DNA from: an uncultured Solirubrobacterales bacterium
GTDB lineage: Bacteria; Actinomycetota; Thermoleophilia; Solirubrobacterales; Solirubrobacteraceae
Length of the DNA: 64,000 nucleotides
NCBI GenBank assembly: GCA_963702725.1
Contig: CAVPDT010000001.1
Coordinates: 41,803 to 105,802, forward strand
Direction of reading: 5' to 3'
In this document: piece after piece, positions 40,405 to 50,059 of the stretch
Position numbering within the stretch: position 1 is the stretch's first letter
Layout of the letters: every line of letters begins with the position of its first letter
Notes under the pieces: model-generated
What the model saw: the letters and a program-made list of their open reading frames with translations, nothing else
What the model was told of the DNA's origin: nothing
Database searches by the model: none
Position numbers and translations under genes: made by a program

Positions 40405-40938
40405 TCAGGCCGCCGGCGTGGCGGCGCGAGCGGCGGCGGCGGCGGCGGGCAGCGTGGGCAGGGTGGCAGCGCGCGTCTGGGCGGGAAGTCCACCGGGGAG
40501 ACCGCCCAGAGACGGTCCGAGCACGAGGTCCGCCAGCGTGGTGTCCTGCAGCGTGCGCACGATCGCGCCGCGCACGCGCGTCCACAAGAGCTTGGTCGGG
40601 CACACGTGCCCGGGGTCGGACTCGCGCGAGCACACGATCGAGCCGTCGGAAGCCTGGGAGATGCACTCGATCGGCGCGATCGAGCCCTCCAGTGCCTCGA
40701 CGACCTCGGCCATCGTGATCTCGGTGGGCGAGCGCGCGAGCAGATAGCCCCCGCGCGATCCCCGCCGCGAATCGACCAGCCCGGCCTTGCGCAGTCGCGC
40801 GACCAGATGCTCCAGGTAGGCCAGCGGCATCCCGTCGTGCTCGGCGATCTCCGCCAGCGGAACGGGCTCATCGCCGGCTCGTCGAGCCAACTCGACCATC
40901 ACGCGCACGCCATACTCCGCCTTGGTTGAAAACATCAT
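40405..40938 (-). CDS. Rrf2 family transcriptional regulator (IscR/CymR-like) with three Cys
   Basis: FSTKAEYG, YLEHLVARLRKAGLVDSRRGSRGGYLL, C...C...C. Confidence 0.92.
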   Translation of the reverse strand: MMFSTKAEYGVRVMVELARRAGDEPVPLAEIAEHDGMPLAYLEHLVARLRKAGLVDSRRGSRGGYLLARSPTEITMAEVVEALEGSIAPIECISQASDGSIVCSRESDPGHVCPTKLLWTRVRGAIVRTLQDTTLADLVLGPSLGGLPGGLPAQTRAATLPTLPAAAAAARAATPAA

Positions 40939-40945
40939 CTCTCAA

Positions 40946-40969
40946 ATACCTACCTGAGAGCTAGGGTAT
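40946..40969. promoter_or_regulatory. candidate Rrf2 autoregulatory operator
   Basis: ATACCTACCTGAGAGCTAGGGTAT, imperfect palindrome 8 nt upstream of the rrf2 start. Confidence 0.5.
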
Positions 40970-41673
40970 CAGCCGGCCGGCCGTGGCTCGTGGACTTCGG
41001 ATCGGCCGTCGCGCAGCAGGCGCATGTCGTGTGAGAGTCCTTCGGGGGTCAGCTGTTCGAGCCCGAACGCGACGCGCTCGTTGCCGGCTCGGCCGATCAG
41101 CAGCACTGTCGTGGCAGCTTCGGAAGCCGCCCTGCCGGCGCTCGGCGGCGAGACCCGGTAGGCGCGCCACACCGCTCGCAGCCGTGTTGAGCTTGCGCTC
41201 AGATAGACCACTCGATCGGCGAGCCCCGTCGCGGCTAGGAAGCGCTGCACATGCGCGTGCGTATCCGCGTGAGGGTCGGTGCTCACGAACACGACCTGCA
41301 TCGCCGGGATGGCCGTTCCCCTGCCATACGTGGGCGTGGCAGCCAGTTCGTCGAGCGCGCCGCGCACCTGTTGAGCGGCGAGGACGCACGTACGGCAGGC
41401 GCTCGACACGAACGCCAACACGACCACCCGCCCTCTGAACGCGCTCAGCGACACGCGTCTCCCCAGCTCGTCCGTGAGCGTGAAGTCCGGGGCCCGCACT
41501 CCCAGCGGATAGGCCGCGCCGTCGAACCCCGAGGAGCTCTTGGTTGCGGAGTCTGCCCCGGTCGAGGACGCGCCGTCATGCTTGGAGGGCGTGGCCAAGA
41601 TCGCGACGAGCGCGATCGCCACGGCGAGCGTGGCGGCGAGTCCAAGCAGGAGTAGATGAGGACGCCGGCGCAT
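40969..41673 (-). CDS. SCO-like protein (membrane-anchored thioredoxin fold)
   Basis: APDFTLTDELGRRVSLSAFRGRVVVLAF, CRTC, FVSTDP..DT. Confidence 0.8.
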   Translation of the reverse strand: MRRRPHLLLLGLAATLAVAIALVAILATPSKHDGASSTGADSATKSSSGFDGAAYPLGVRAPDFTLTDELGRRVSLSAFRGRVVVLAFVSSACRTCVLAAQQVRGALDELAATPTYGRGTAIPAMQVVFVSTDPHADTHAHVQRFLAATGLADRVVYLSASSTRLRAVWRAYRVSPPSAGRAASEAATTVLLIGRAGNERVAFGLEQLTPEGLSHDMRLLRDGRSEVHEPRPAG

Positions 41674-41739
41674 CGGTCGCCAAGAGTAGAGCGCTTGCAA
41701 GGGCTCCGAGCAGCGCTATACTTTGTGAAGTCTCCCCGA

Positions 41740-41763
41740 ATCCCGACCATGATTTAGGAGTAT
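41740..41763. promoter_or_regulatory. candidate Rrf2-type operator downstream of a TATACT -10, over the moeZ RBS
   Basis: ATCCCGACCATGATTTAGGAGTAT; TATACT at 41717-41722. Confidence 0.4.
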
Positions 41764-41767
41764 CGCG

Positions 41768-42949
41768 ATGAGCCCGTCAGGCGCGGAGCTGCTCAAACAG
41801 ATCAAGTCCCAGATCACCGAGATCGATCCCTCGCGCGTTCGCGAGCTGATCGGCGAGGGCGTGGCGATCGTCGACGTGCGCGAGACCGACGAGTTCGCGG
41901 CCGGTCATCTGACCGGCGCCAAGCACGTGCCGCGCAGCTATCTCGAGACCCGCATCGAGGGGGTGGTCTCCGATCGCGACGCGCAGATCGTGCTCTACTG
42001 CCAGTCGGGCAACCGCTCGGCGTGGGGCGCGCGCACGCTCGAAGATGACCTCGGCTACACGAACGTCGCCTCGATGACCGGCGGCATCACGCTGTGGAAG
42101 GATCGCGGCTATGAGGTCACGGTGCCGCGCTCGCTCAGCGCCGAGCAGCGCGAGCGCTACTCGCGCCATCTGCTGATCCCGGAGATCGGCGTGGAGGGGC
42201 AGCAGAAGCTGCTCGACGCGAAGGTGCTCCTGCTGGGCGCGGGCGGCCTGGGCTCGCCCACGGCGCTGTATCTCGCGGCGGCCGGTGTCGGCACGCTCGG
42301 GATCGTGGACGACGACGAGGTCGACCTGTCCAACCTCCAGCGCCAGGTGATCCACTCCACCCAGCGCGTGGGCATCCCCAAGGTGGACTCCGCCGAGGAG
42401 TCGATCCATGCGCTGAACCCGGACGTGGACGTCGTCAAGTACCCCGTGCGGATCGACTCCTCGAACATCATGGAGATCATCTCCGGCTATGACGTGATCG
42501 TCGACGGCGTCGATAACTTCCCCACGCGCTACCTGCTCAACGACGCGACCGTGCGCCTGAAGATCCCCGTCGTCTCCGCCTCGATCCTCGGCTTCGACGG
42601 TCAGCTGTCGGTGTTCAAGCCCTACGAGGGCCCCTGCTACCGCTGCCTCTTCCGCGAGCCCCCGCCGGCGGAGCTCGCGCCCTCCTGCGGCGCCAACGGC
42701 GTGCTCGGCGTGCTGCCCGGCACGATGGGGCTCTTGCAGGCCACCGAGGTCGTCAAGCTGATCCTCGACATCGGCGAGCCCGCGATCGGCCGCCTGTTGC
42801 TCTACGACGCGCTGGGGGCGACGTTGACCGAGGTCAAGGTCCACCGCGACCCCGACTGCCCGATCTGCTCGCGCGAGCCCGAGGAGATCTCCGACGAGGA
42901 GATGGGCTCCTTCCCCGACTACGAGGCGTTCTGCGCGGCCGCAGGGTAA
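41768..42949 (+). CDS. moeZ: MoeZ/MoeB-type sulfur-carrier adenylyltransferase with N-terminal rhodanese
   Basis: YCQSGNRS rhodanese; RYSRHLL, LLGAGGLG, SNLQRQ, CYRC, SCGANGVLG, DPDCPIC. Confidence 0.9.
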   Translation: MSPSGAELLKQIKSQITEIDPSRVRELIGEGVAIVDVRETDEFAAGHLTGAKHVPRSYLETRIEGVVSDRDAQIVLYCQSGNRSAWGARTLEDDLGYTNVASMTGGITLWKDRGYEVTVPRSLSAEQRERYSRHLLIPEIGVEGQQKLLDAKVLLLGAGGLGSPTALYLAAAGVGTLGIVDDDEVDLSNLQRQVIHSTQRVGIPKVDSAEESIHALNPDVDVVKYPVRIDSSNIMEIISGYDVIVDGVDNFPTRYLLNDATVRLKIPVVSASILGFDGQLSVFKPYEGPCYRCLFREPPPAELAPSCGANGVLGVLPGTMGLLQATEVVKLILDIGEPAIGRLLLYDALGATLTEVKVHRDPDCPICSREPEEISDEEMGSFPDYEAFCAAAG

Positions 42950-42963
42950 TCTGCCCGACCGGT

Positions 42964-43239
42964 ATGGCGACGATCAAGATTCCTCCAGTGCTGCGCGCGT
43001 CAGTGGGCGGCGAGAAGCAGGTGAGCGCCTCCGGCGAGAACGTCGGCGACGTGCTGCGCGACCTCGCCTCCAATCATCCGGCGACCCGCGAGCAGCTGTT
43101 CGCGGCCGACGGCGAGCTGAACCGCTACGTAAACGTGTATCTCAACGACGAGGACGTGCGCGTGCTGGGCGGGTTGGACACGGCCGTGGGAGACACGGAC
43201 ACTCTCGTGATCCTGCCGGCGATGGCCGGCGGGGCCTGA
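42964..43239 (+). CDS. MoaD/ThiS/CysO-type ubiquitin-like sulfur carrier ending GG-Ala
   Basis: VNVYLNDEDVR, ILPAMAGGA*. Confidence 0.92.
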   Translation: MATIKIPPVLRASVGGEKQVSASGENVGDVLRDLASNHPATREQLFAADGELNRYVNVYLNDEDVRVLGGLDTAVGDTDTLVILPAMAGGA

Positions 43240-43315
43240 CTTCTCGCGCGAGCCGCGCTCGCTCTACGTCCTTCAAGATCGGAATTCCGCGCGGGCGTTT
43301 TGTTGGGAGGTTTGC

Positions 43316-43333
43316 GATATACTTTTATATATC
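43316..43333 (+). promoter_or_regulatory. AT-rich palindrome GATATA-ctttta-TATATC overlapping the -10 of the HTH gene
   Basis: Ends immediately before ATG 43334; TATACT inside. Confidence 0.55.
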
Positions 43334-43666
43334 ATGCAGGCTGGAGATCTGATCCTTCAACAGCGCGACCGGCTCGGTATCAGTCAGCGTGCGCTTGCCC
43401 GTCGCGCGGGAACCACGCAGGCCGCCGTCAGCCGGATCGAGCGTGGCCTGACGGCGCCGACCTGGGAGACCGTGCGGGCGCTCCTGCTGGCGATGGGCTG
43501 CGAGCCCGAGCTGCACGCACGCCCTCTCTCGGGGCGATGGGATCCACTCCATCTAGCCGCCTCGCGCGAACGTTCACCGACCGAACGACTCGAACTGGCC
43601 ATCTCCGCGAACCGTATGGCGGGGCGCCTGCGGCGGGCGGGTGCCGAGGCGGTTCATGGAGCCTGA
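43334..43666 (+). CDS. XRE-family HTH protein (putative antitoxin)
   Basis: LGISQRALARRAGTTQAAVSRIERG..PT. Confidence 0.85.
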   Translation: MQAGDLILQQRDRLGISQRALARRAGTTQAAVSRIERGLTAPTWETVRALLLAMGCEPELHARPLSGRWDPLHLAASRERSPTERLELAISANRMAGRLRRAGAEAVHGA

Positions 43667-44141
43667 GACGCCGCTCGACGCCGAGCGTATCCTCGAAGCG
43701 CTCGCCGAACACGAGGTCGACTATGTCGTTGTCGGCGGGCTCGCGGTGCAGGCTCACGGCCACGTGCGAACGACCGTCGACATCGACGTGTTTCCTCGCC
43801 CGGACCCGTCGAACCTGGCGCGACTGGCGGATGCTCTGAACGCACTCGACGCGCGGGTGCTCAATCCCGGAAGTGAGGGACTGGAGATAGACGCCGCGAT
43901 GTTGCCGCGCGCGACCCCGTGGCAATTTGCCACGCGGCATGGTGCGATCGACGTGCTGCACGATGCGCCCGGCGCTCCGCCCTACGAGGCGCTTCGCGTC
44001 GGGGCGCTGGAGATTCGGCTCGGGGATCTGAAGCTCGCCGTCGCCGGCCGCGACGACCTGATCGGCATGAAGCGCGCAAGCGGGCGCCCCGTCGATCTGG
44101 AAGACATCGCCGCGCTGACCGAGCTAAGCCGCGGTGACTGA
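43656..44141 (+). CDS. nucleotidyltransferase (DUF6036/AbiEii-like), putative toxin
   Basis: VVVGGLAVQAHG..RTTVDID, IDVL, LIGMKRASGRPVDLED; overlaps the HTH gene by 11 bp. Confidence 0.75.
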   Translation: MEPETPLDAERILEALAEHEVDYVVVGGLAVQAHGHVRTTVDIDVFPRPDPSNLARLADALNALDARVLNPGSEGLEIDAAMLPRATPWQFATRHGAIDVLHDAPGAPPYEALRVGALEIRLGDLKLAVAGRDDLIGMKRASGRPVDLEDIAALTELSRGD

Positions 44142-45752
44142 CTCTGAGGCCGGCTCGCCGGCCATCCCCGCCACCGGCACGTGGCTCATCGCGTGCTCGG
44201 CCAGGGCGGTGATCGTGAGCGAGGGGTTGACGCCGACGTTGGCGGGGATCGCCGAGCCGTCGCAGACGAGCAGGTTCTCGTAGCCGAACACGCGTTGGCG
44301 GGCGTCGACCACGCCGCGAGAGGGGTCGGAGGCGATCACCGCTCCGCCGAGGATGTGCGCGGTCGTGGGGATGTTGAACAGGGCCTCGGTGACGGAGCTC
44401 TGGGCGACCCCGCCCGTGCGCTGAGCGAGCCATTCGGCGGCCTGGTTGGCGACCGGGATGAACGTCGGGATCGGCTTCTGCGGGTCCTGCTCGGTCTTCA
44501 GCCACAGCGAACCGAACGGACCCTGGCGCGGGCGCAGCGCGATCGCGTTGTCGAGCGTCTGCATCACGAGCACGATGATCGTGCGCCGTGACCAGTGTTT
44601 GGGGAATAGGACCTGCACGAAGCGCTTGGGGTGGCGCAGGATCTGTGCGAGCAGCTTCAACGGGCGCGTCAGGCGCGTGCCGTCGCCGACCAGCAGCGTG
44701 TACAGGCGGTGCATCGAATCGCCATCGTCGCCATAGGTGACGGTCTCGATGTGGGTGTGCGGGTCGGGGTAGATCGAGGAGGTGATCGCCACGCGTTTGA
44801 TCAGGTTCTCCGGGTAGTCCTCTGGCACGGTCACGGTCAGGATCGACTCGCTGTTGGTGCGCACCAGCTCGCCCAGGCGCTTTGAGAGCTTGCCCAACGA
44901 GCCGTTCAGGCGGCAGCGCTGCAGCAACCTGTTGGTGCCCAGCGGGCCGGCCGCGACGACGACGCCGCGCGCGCGCTGTATTTGACGATCCTTGCGCAGC
45001 CACGCGCCTGAGCGCACCGATTCGACCTCGTAGCCCTCGGCGCCGTCGGCGCCCCCGAGCGGGCGAACGTCCACGACGGTGCGTTCGGCCATCACCCGCG
45101 CGCCGCGCTTCTCGGCCAGGTAGAGGTAGTTCTTGACGAGCGTGTTCTTCGAGCCGTGCGGGCAGCCGACCATGCAGCGCCCGCATTCCCGACAGCCGGT
45201 GCGGTCCGGTCCCTCGCCGCCGAAGAAGGGATCCGGGACGGTCACGCCGGGTTCGCCGAAATAGACCCCGACGGGCGTCTTTTTGTACGTCTCGCCCACG
45301 CCCAGCTCCTCGCCGAGCTCGCGCAGCAGCTGATCGGCGGGGTCGTCGGTGGGCGTCTGCACGACGCCGAGCATCCGTTGCGCTTCGGCGTAATGCGGAG
45401 CGAGAGCCGACTCCCAGTCGTTCATGTCCGCCCACTGAGGGTCCTCGAAGAACTGCTTCGGCGGCACGTACAGCGTGTTGGCGTAGCCGAGGCTGCCGCC
45501 GCCGACGCCGCAGCCGGAGACAACGGAGACGTCTTTGAAGGTGGTCAGGCGAAAGATTCCCTTCATGCCCAGCAGCGGATTCCAGAAGTAGCGCTTGAGG
45601 TCCGCGGTCGAACTCGGCAGTTCGTCGTCGGCGAAGCGGCGTCCGCACTCCAGCACGCCCACGGAGTGGCCTTTCTCGGACAGTCGCAGCGCCGAGACGC
45701 TGCCGCCGAAGCCCGAGCCGATGACCAGCCAGTCGAAGTCGAAATCACGCAT
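44124..45752 (-). CDS. GMC oxidoreductase, cholesterol oxidase (ChoD)-like
   Basis: IGSGFGGSV, GCGVGGGSLGYAN, CMVGC, KNTLVKNYL, TAHILGG, GVNPSLTI. Confidence 0.9.
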   Translation of the reverse strand: MRDFDFDWLVIGSGFGGSVSALRLSEKGHSVGVLECGRRFADDELPSSTADLKRYFWNPLLGMKGIFRLTTFKDVSVVSGCGVGGGSLGYANTLYVPPKQFFEDPQWADMNDWESALAPHYAEAQRMLGVVQTPTDDPADQLLRELGEELGVGETYKKTPVGVYFGEPGVTVPDPFFGGEGPDRTGCRECGRCMVGCPHGSKNTLVKNYLYLAEKRGARVMAERTVVDVRPLGGADGAEGYEVESVRSGAWLRKDRQIQRARGVVVAAGPLGTNRLLQRCRLNGSLGKLSKRLGELVRTNSESILTVTVPEDYPENLIKRVAITSSIYPDPHTHIETVTYGDDGDSMHRLYTLLVGDGTRLTRPLKLLAQILRHPKRFVQVLFPKHWSRRTIIVLVMQTLDNAIALRPRQGPFGSLWLKTEQDPQKPIPTFIPVANQAAEWLAQRTGGVAQSSVTEALFNIPTTAHILGGAVIASDPSRGVVDARQRVFGYENLLVCDGSAIPANVGVNPSLTITALAEHAMSHVPVAGMAGEPASESVTAA

Positions 45753-45814
45753 CCGACCCCATCCTAATGCCTCGACCGCACCGCCGCCAGACCCTCGCTA
45801 TATTCTCTGAAGTA

Positions 45815-46786
45815 ATGGCCGTTCCGCCACTGAAGAACCGGCCCTGCGGAGGGCGCTATGGGGATGTCGTGCAGTCGATCGGCAACACGCCGCTGGTCGA
45901 ACTGCCGCGTCTGTCGCCCAAGCCGTGCGTGCGCATCTGGGCGAAGCTCGAGTCGCGCAATCCGACCGGCTCGGTCAAGGATCGCGTCGCGCGGGCGCTG
46001 ATCGAAGACGCCGAGGAGAAAGGGGCGCTCTCGCCGGGGCAGACGATCCTCGAACCGACCTCCGGCAATACCGGGATCTCGCTGGCGATGATCGCCAAAC
46101 GCAAGGGCTATGAGCTGAAGGTGGTGATGCCCGAGAACGTCACGCCCGAGCGCACGCAGCTGTTGGAGATGTATGGCGCTGAGATCGTCTATTCCGACGG
46201 CTCGCTCGGGTCCAACGGCGCCGTCGAAAAGGCCCTGGAGATGGCCCAGGCGGACTCCTCGGTGTATATGCCCTACCAGTACGGCAACGAGGCCAACCCG
46301 CTCGCCCACTACAACGGCACGGCGCTGGAGATCCTCGACGAGCTCGACGAGGTCTCGGCGTTCGTCGCGGGCCTCGGCACGGGCGGCACGCTGATGGGCA
46401 ACGGGCGACGCTTGAAGGAGACGTTCGGCGATGCCGTTAAGATCGTCGCGGCGGAGCCGATGCAGGGCGAGCCCGTCCAGGGCCTGCGCTCGCTGGACGA
46501 CGGGTTCATCCCGCCGATCATCGACATCTCGCTGCTGGACCGCAAGATCTTCGTCACCAACCGCGACGCGATCATCTGGACGCGCAGGCTGCTCGACGAG
46601 GAGGGCGTGTTCGCGGGCGTCTCCAGTGGCGCGATCGCATCCATCGCCGTGCGCATAGCCGGCGAGATGGACGAGGGCAACGTCGTGTTCGTCGTGGCCG
46701 ACGACGGCTGGAAGTATCTGTCGAGCGGCATCTACACGCTGCCGGTCGACGAGGTCGAGAACCTCGACGCCACCGTCTGGTGGTAA
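45815..46786 (+). CDS. cysM: PLP-dependent cysteine synthase (CysM/CysO-thiocarboxylate type by context)
   Basis: IGNTPLV, KLESRNPTGSVKDR, PTSGNTG, GLGTGGT, GVSSGA, DDGWKYLS. Confidence 0.88.
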   Translation: MAVPPLKNRPCGGRYGDVVQSIGNTPLVELPRLSPKPCVRIWAKLESRNPTGSVKDRVARALIEDAEEKGALSPGQTILEPTSGNTGISLAMIAKRKGYELKVVMPENVTPERTQLLEMYGAEIVYSDGSLGSNGAVEKALEMAQADSSVYMPYQYGNEANPLAHYNGTALEILDELDEVSAFVAGLGTGGTLMGNGRRLKETFGDAVKIVAAEPMQGEPVQGLRSLDDGFIPPIIDISLLDRKIFVTNRDAIIWTRRLLDEEGVFAGVSSGAIASIAVRIAGEMDEGNVVFVVADDGWKYLSSGIYTLPVDEVENLDATVWW

Positions 46787-46798
46787 GGGTCCCAGTCG

Positions 46799-47212
46799 GT
46801 GCTCATCGAGCAGGTCCTGCTGGATGACGTGATCGCGCACGCCCGCGAGGAGTACGACGCGGAGTGCTGCGGCATGATCGCCTACGCTCCCGCCGGGCCC
46901 GACGGCGAGGTGTGCGCGACACGCGTGCATCGCGCCAAGAACGTGTTCACCTCGCGCAAGCGCTTCGAGATCGACGGCAAAGAAGTGCTGCGAACGATCG
47001 ACGCCTTCGAAGACGAAGGTTCGGATCTCGGCGCGATCTACCACTCTCACACCCACACCGCCCCGTATCCGTCGCAGACCGACATCAACTTCGCGGCCAA
47101 CTGGCCGGGCCTTGAGTGGGTGATCGTCGGTCTCGCCGAGGACGAGCCGGACGTGCGCTGCTATCTGATCGAGGATGGCGCCGTGCGGGAGGTTCAATTG
47201 CGGGTGCGGTGA
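46799..47212 (+). CDS. Mov34/JAB (JAMM) metallopeptidase, Mec-like
   Basis: ECCG, YHSHTHTAPYPSQTD (HSH-x7-S-x2-D). Confidence 0.92.
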   Translation: MLIEQVLLDDVIAHAREEYDAECCGMIAYAPAGPDGEVCATRVHRAKNVFTSRKRFEIDGKEVLRTIDAFEDEGSDLGAIYHSHTHTAPYPSQTDINFAANWPGLEWVIVGLAEDEPDVRCYLIEDGAVREVQLRVR

Positions 47213-47613
47213 TGGACGGCGTTGCCGACGATCATCTCGTGTGCCCGTCCTGCGGGCGCGAGCACCGCTCCAGCGAGCGCTTTTGCGCCGCCTGCGAGAT
47301 GCCGCTCGTCCATCCCGAGGGCGCGGCCGGCGCCGACGATGTGGCCGAGCCCGGTGAGCGTCGCGAACACGCTCGCAAGATCAAGCCCCAGTACAGCGAA
47401 GGCCGGCTCGTGAAGGTCGCCTATGCCCAGAACCTGCCGGAGGCGCAGCTGATTCAGGGGCTGCTGCTGGAGGAGGGCATTCCCAGCATGGCCCGCCGCG
47501 CGCCCGGCTTCGATGTGCCCGACTTCCTGGCGGCCGGTCCGCGCGACATCCTCGTGCCCGAGTCCGGTGTGCAGGCGGCGCGCGAAACGCTGACAGCGCC
47601 ACTCGCTGATTAG
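47212..47613 (+). CDS. zinc-ribbon + DUF2007-like putative signal-transducing protein
   Basis: CPSC-x10-CAAC; EAQLIQGLLLEEGIPS...RDILVP; TGATG coupling. Confidence 0.7.
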   Translation: MDGVADDHLVCPSCGREHRSSERFCAACEMPLVHPEGAAGADDVAEPGERREHARKIKPQYSEGRLVKVAYAQNLPEAQLIQGLLLEEGIPSMARRAPGFDVPDFLAAGPRDILVPESGVQAARETLTAPLAD

Positions 47614-47691
47614 TCGAGGTCGGAGTGGATCGATCGGCTGCCCAGAGGGTCGCTGGGCGAGCGAGACACGGAGGCGCCGCCCAGCGGCCGT

Positions 47692-48327
47692 TTAGGCCAG
47701 GACGGGTTGGCCGGCCTCGCTGGTGGTGATCGCCTCGATCTCCTCGGAGGCGCGCTCGAACTCGGCGTCGGAGAGCACGGGGGTGCCCTCGAAGGGCAGT
47801 TCGCGCTGAAGCTCGACCCAGGCCTGCGCGCCGTTGTACTCGTCCTTGACCTTCACGGTGACCGGTCGCGGGATGCGATAGGTGCGCAGCAGCAGCACGT
47901 GCAGCGGCTGCTGACGGCGCCAGCCCAGGCGTCGTTCGGCATAGCTCGGCGTCCACACGTAGAAGGGGGAGAGCGCATCGACGCAGCGAGGATCGGTGAT
48001 CGTGAAGTGCCCCGCGACCTCGGCCCACGCGCGGATGCGTACGCGGTCGGGCTGCTGGATGGGCGCCCCGGAGGTGAACGCGTGCATCGGCGGCTCTCCG
48101 TCGCTCCAGACGCCCTCCTCGAGCGCGCGGCGCAACTCGGGCTGGTGGGACTCGCGTACGAGGTCGCCGCTCTGACTGTCGAACGTCGGATATAGGAAGA
48201 AACGTTCGTGGGCGAGCCGGAAGGGCTTGCCGGAGTCACGCAGGACGCCCTTACGGAGCGTCAGCAGCTGCTCGCCTTCCGCGAGGGCGCGGACGGTGAC
48301 AGCCCACTCTTTGAAAGCAATTGGCAT
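47692..48327 (-). CDS. DUF1802 family protein
   Basis: AFKEWAVTVRALAEGEQLLTLRKG, FFLYPTF, SWV-like C-terminus. Confidence 0.8.
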   Translation of the reverse strand: MPIAFKEWAVTVRALAEGEQLLTLRKGVLRDSGKPFRLAHERFFLYPTFDSQSGDLVRESHQPELRRALEEGVWSDGEPPMHAFTSGAPIQQPDRVRIRAWAEVAGHFTITDPRCVDALSPFYVWTPSYAERRLGWRRQQPLHVLLLRTYRIPRPVTVKVKDEYNGAQAWVELQRELPFEGTPVLSDAEFERASEEIEAITTSEAGQPVLA

Positions 48328-48505
48328 GGGGGAAAACCGGTGGATGGTTGAGGGGGGACTTCTTGATGTATGCCCTGTGTGCCGTCCGCGCTAACAAGGA
48401 CGGTCAGCGCTTTAAAGATACGAAATCCCGGCGGAAATCCCAAATCCCCTGCAAATGAGTTAGTTTTTTGGGCATATCGACGTGCTGGGCAAGCCTCGAC
48501 GGCGC

Positions 48506-50055
<1,550 letters not shown>

Positions 50056-50059
<4 letters not shown>

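Noticed and set aside
48328-48440. c-di-GMP-I riboswitch suggested by CACACAGGGCA on the minus strand
   Set aside because: The GNRA/receptor and P2 elements are not recognisable
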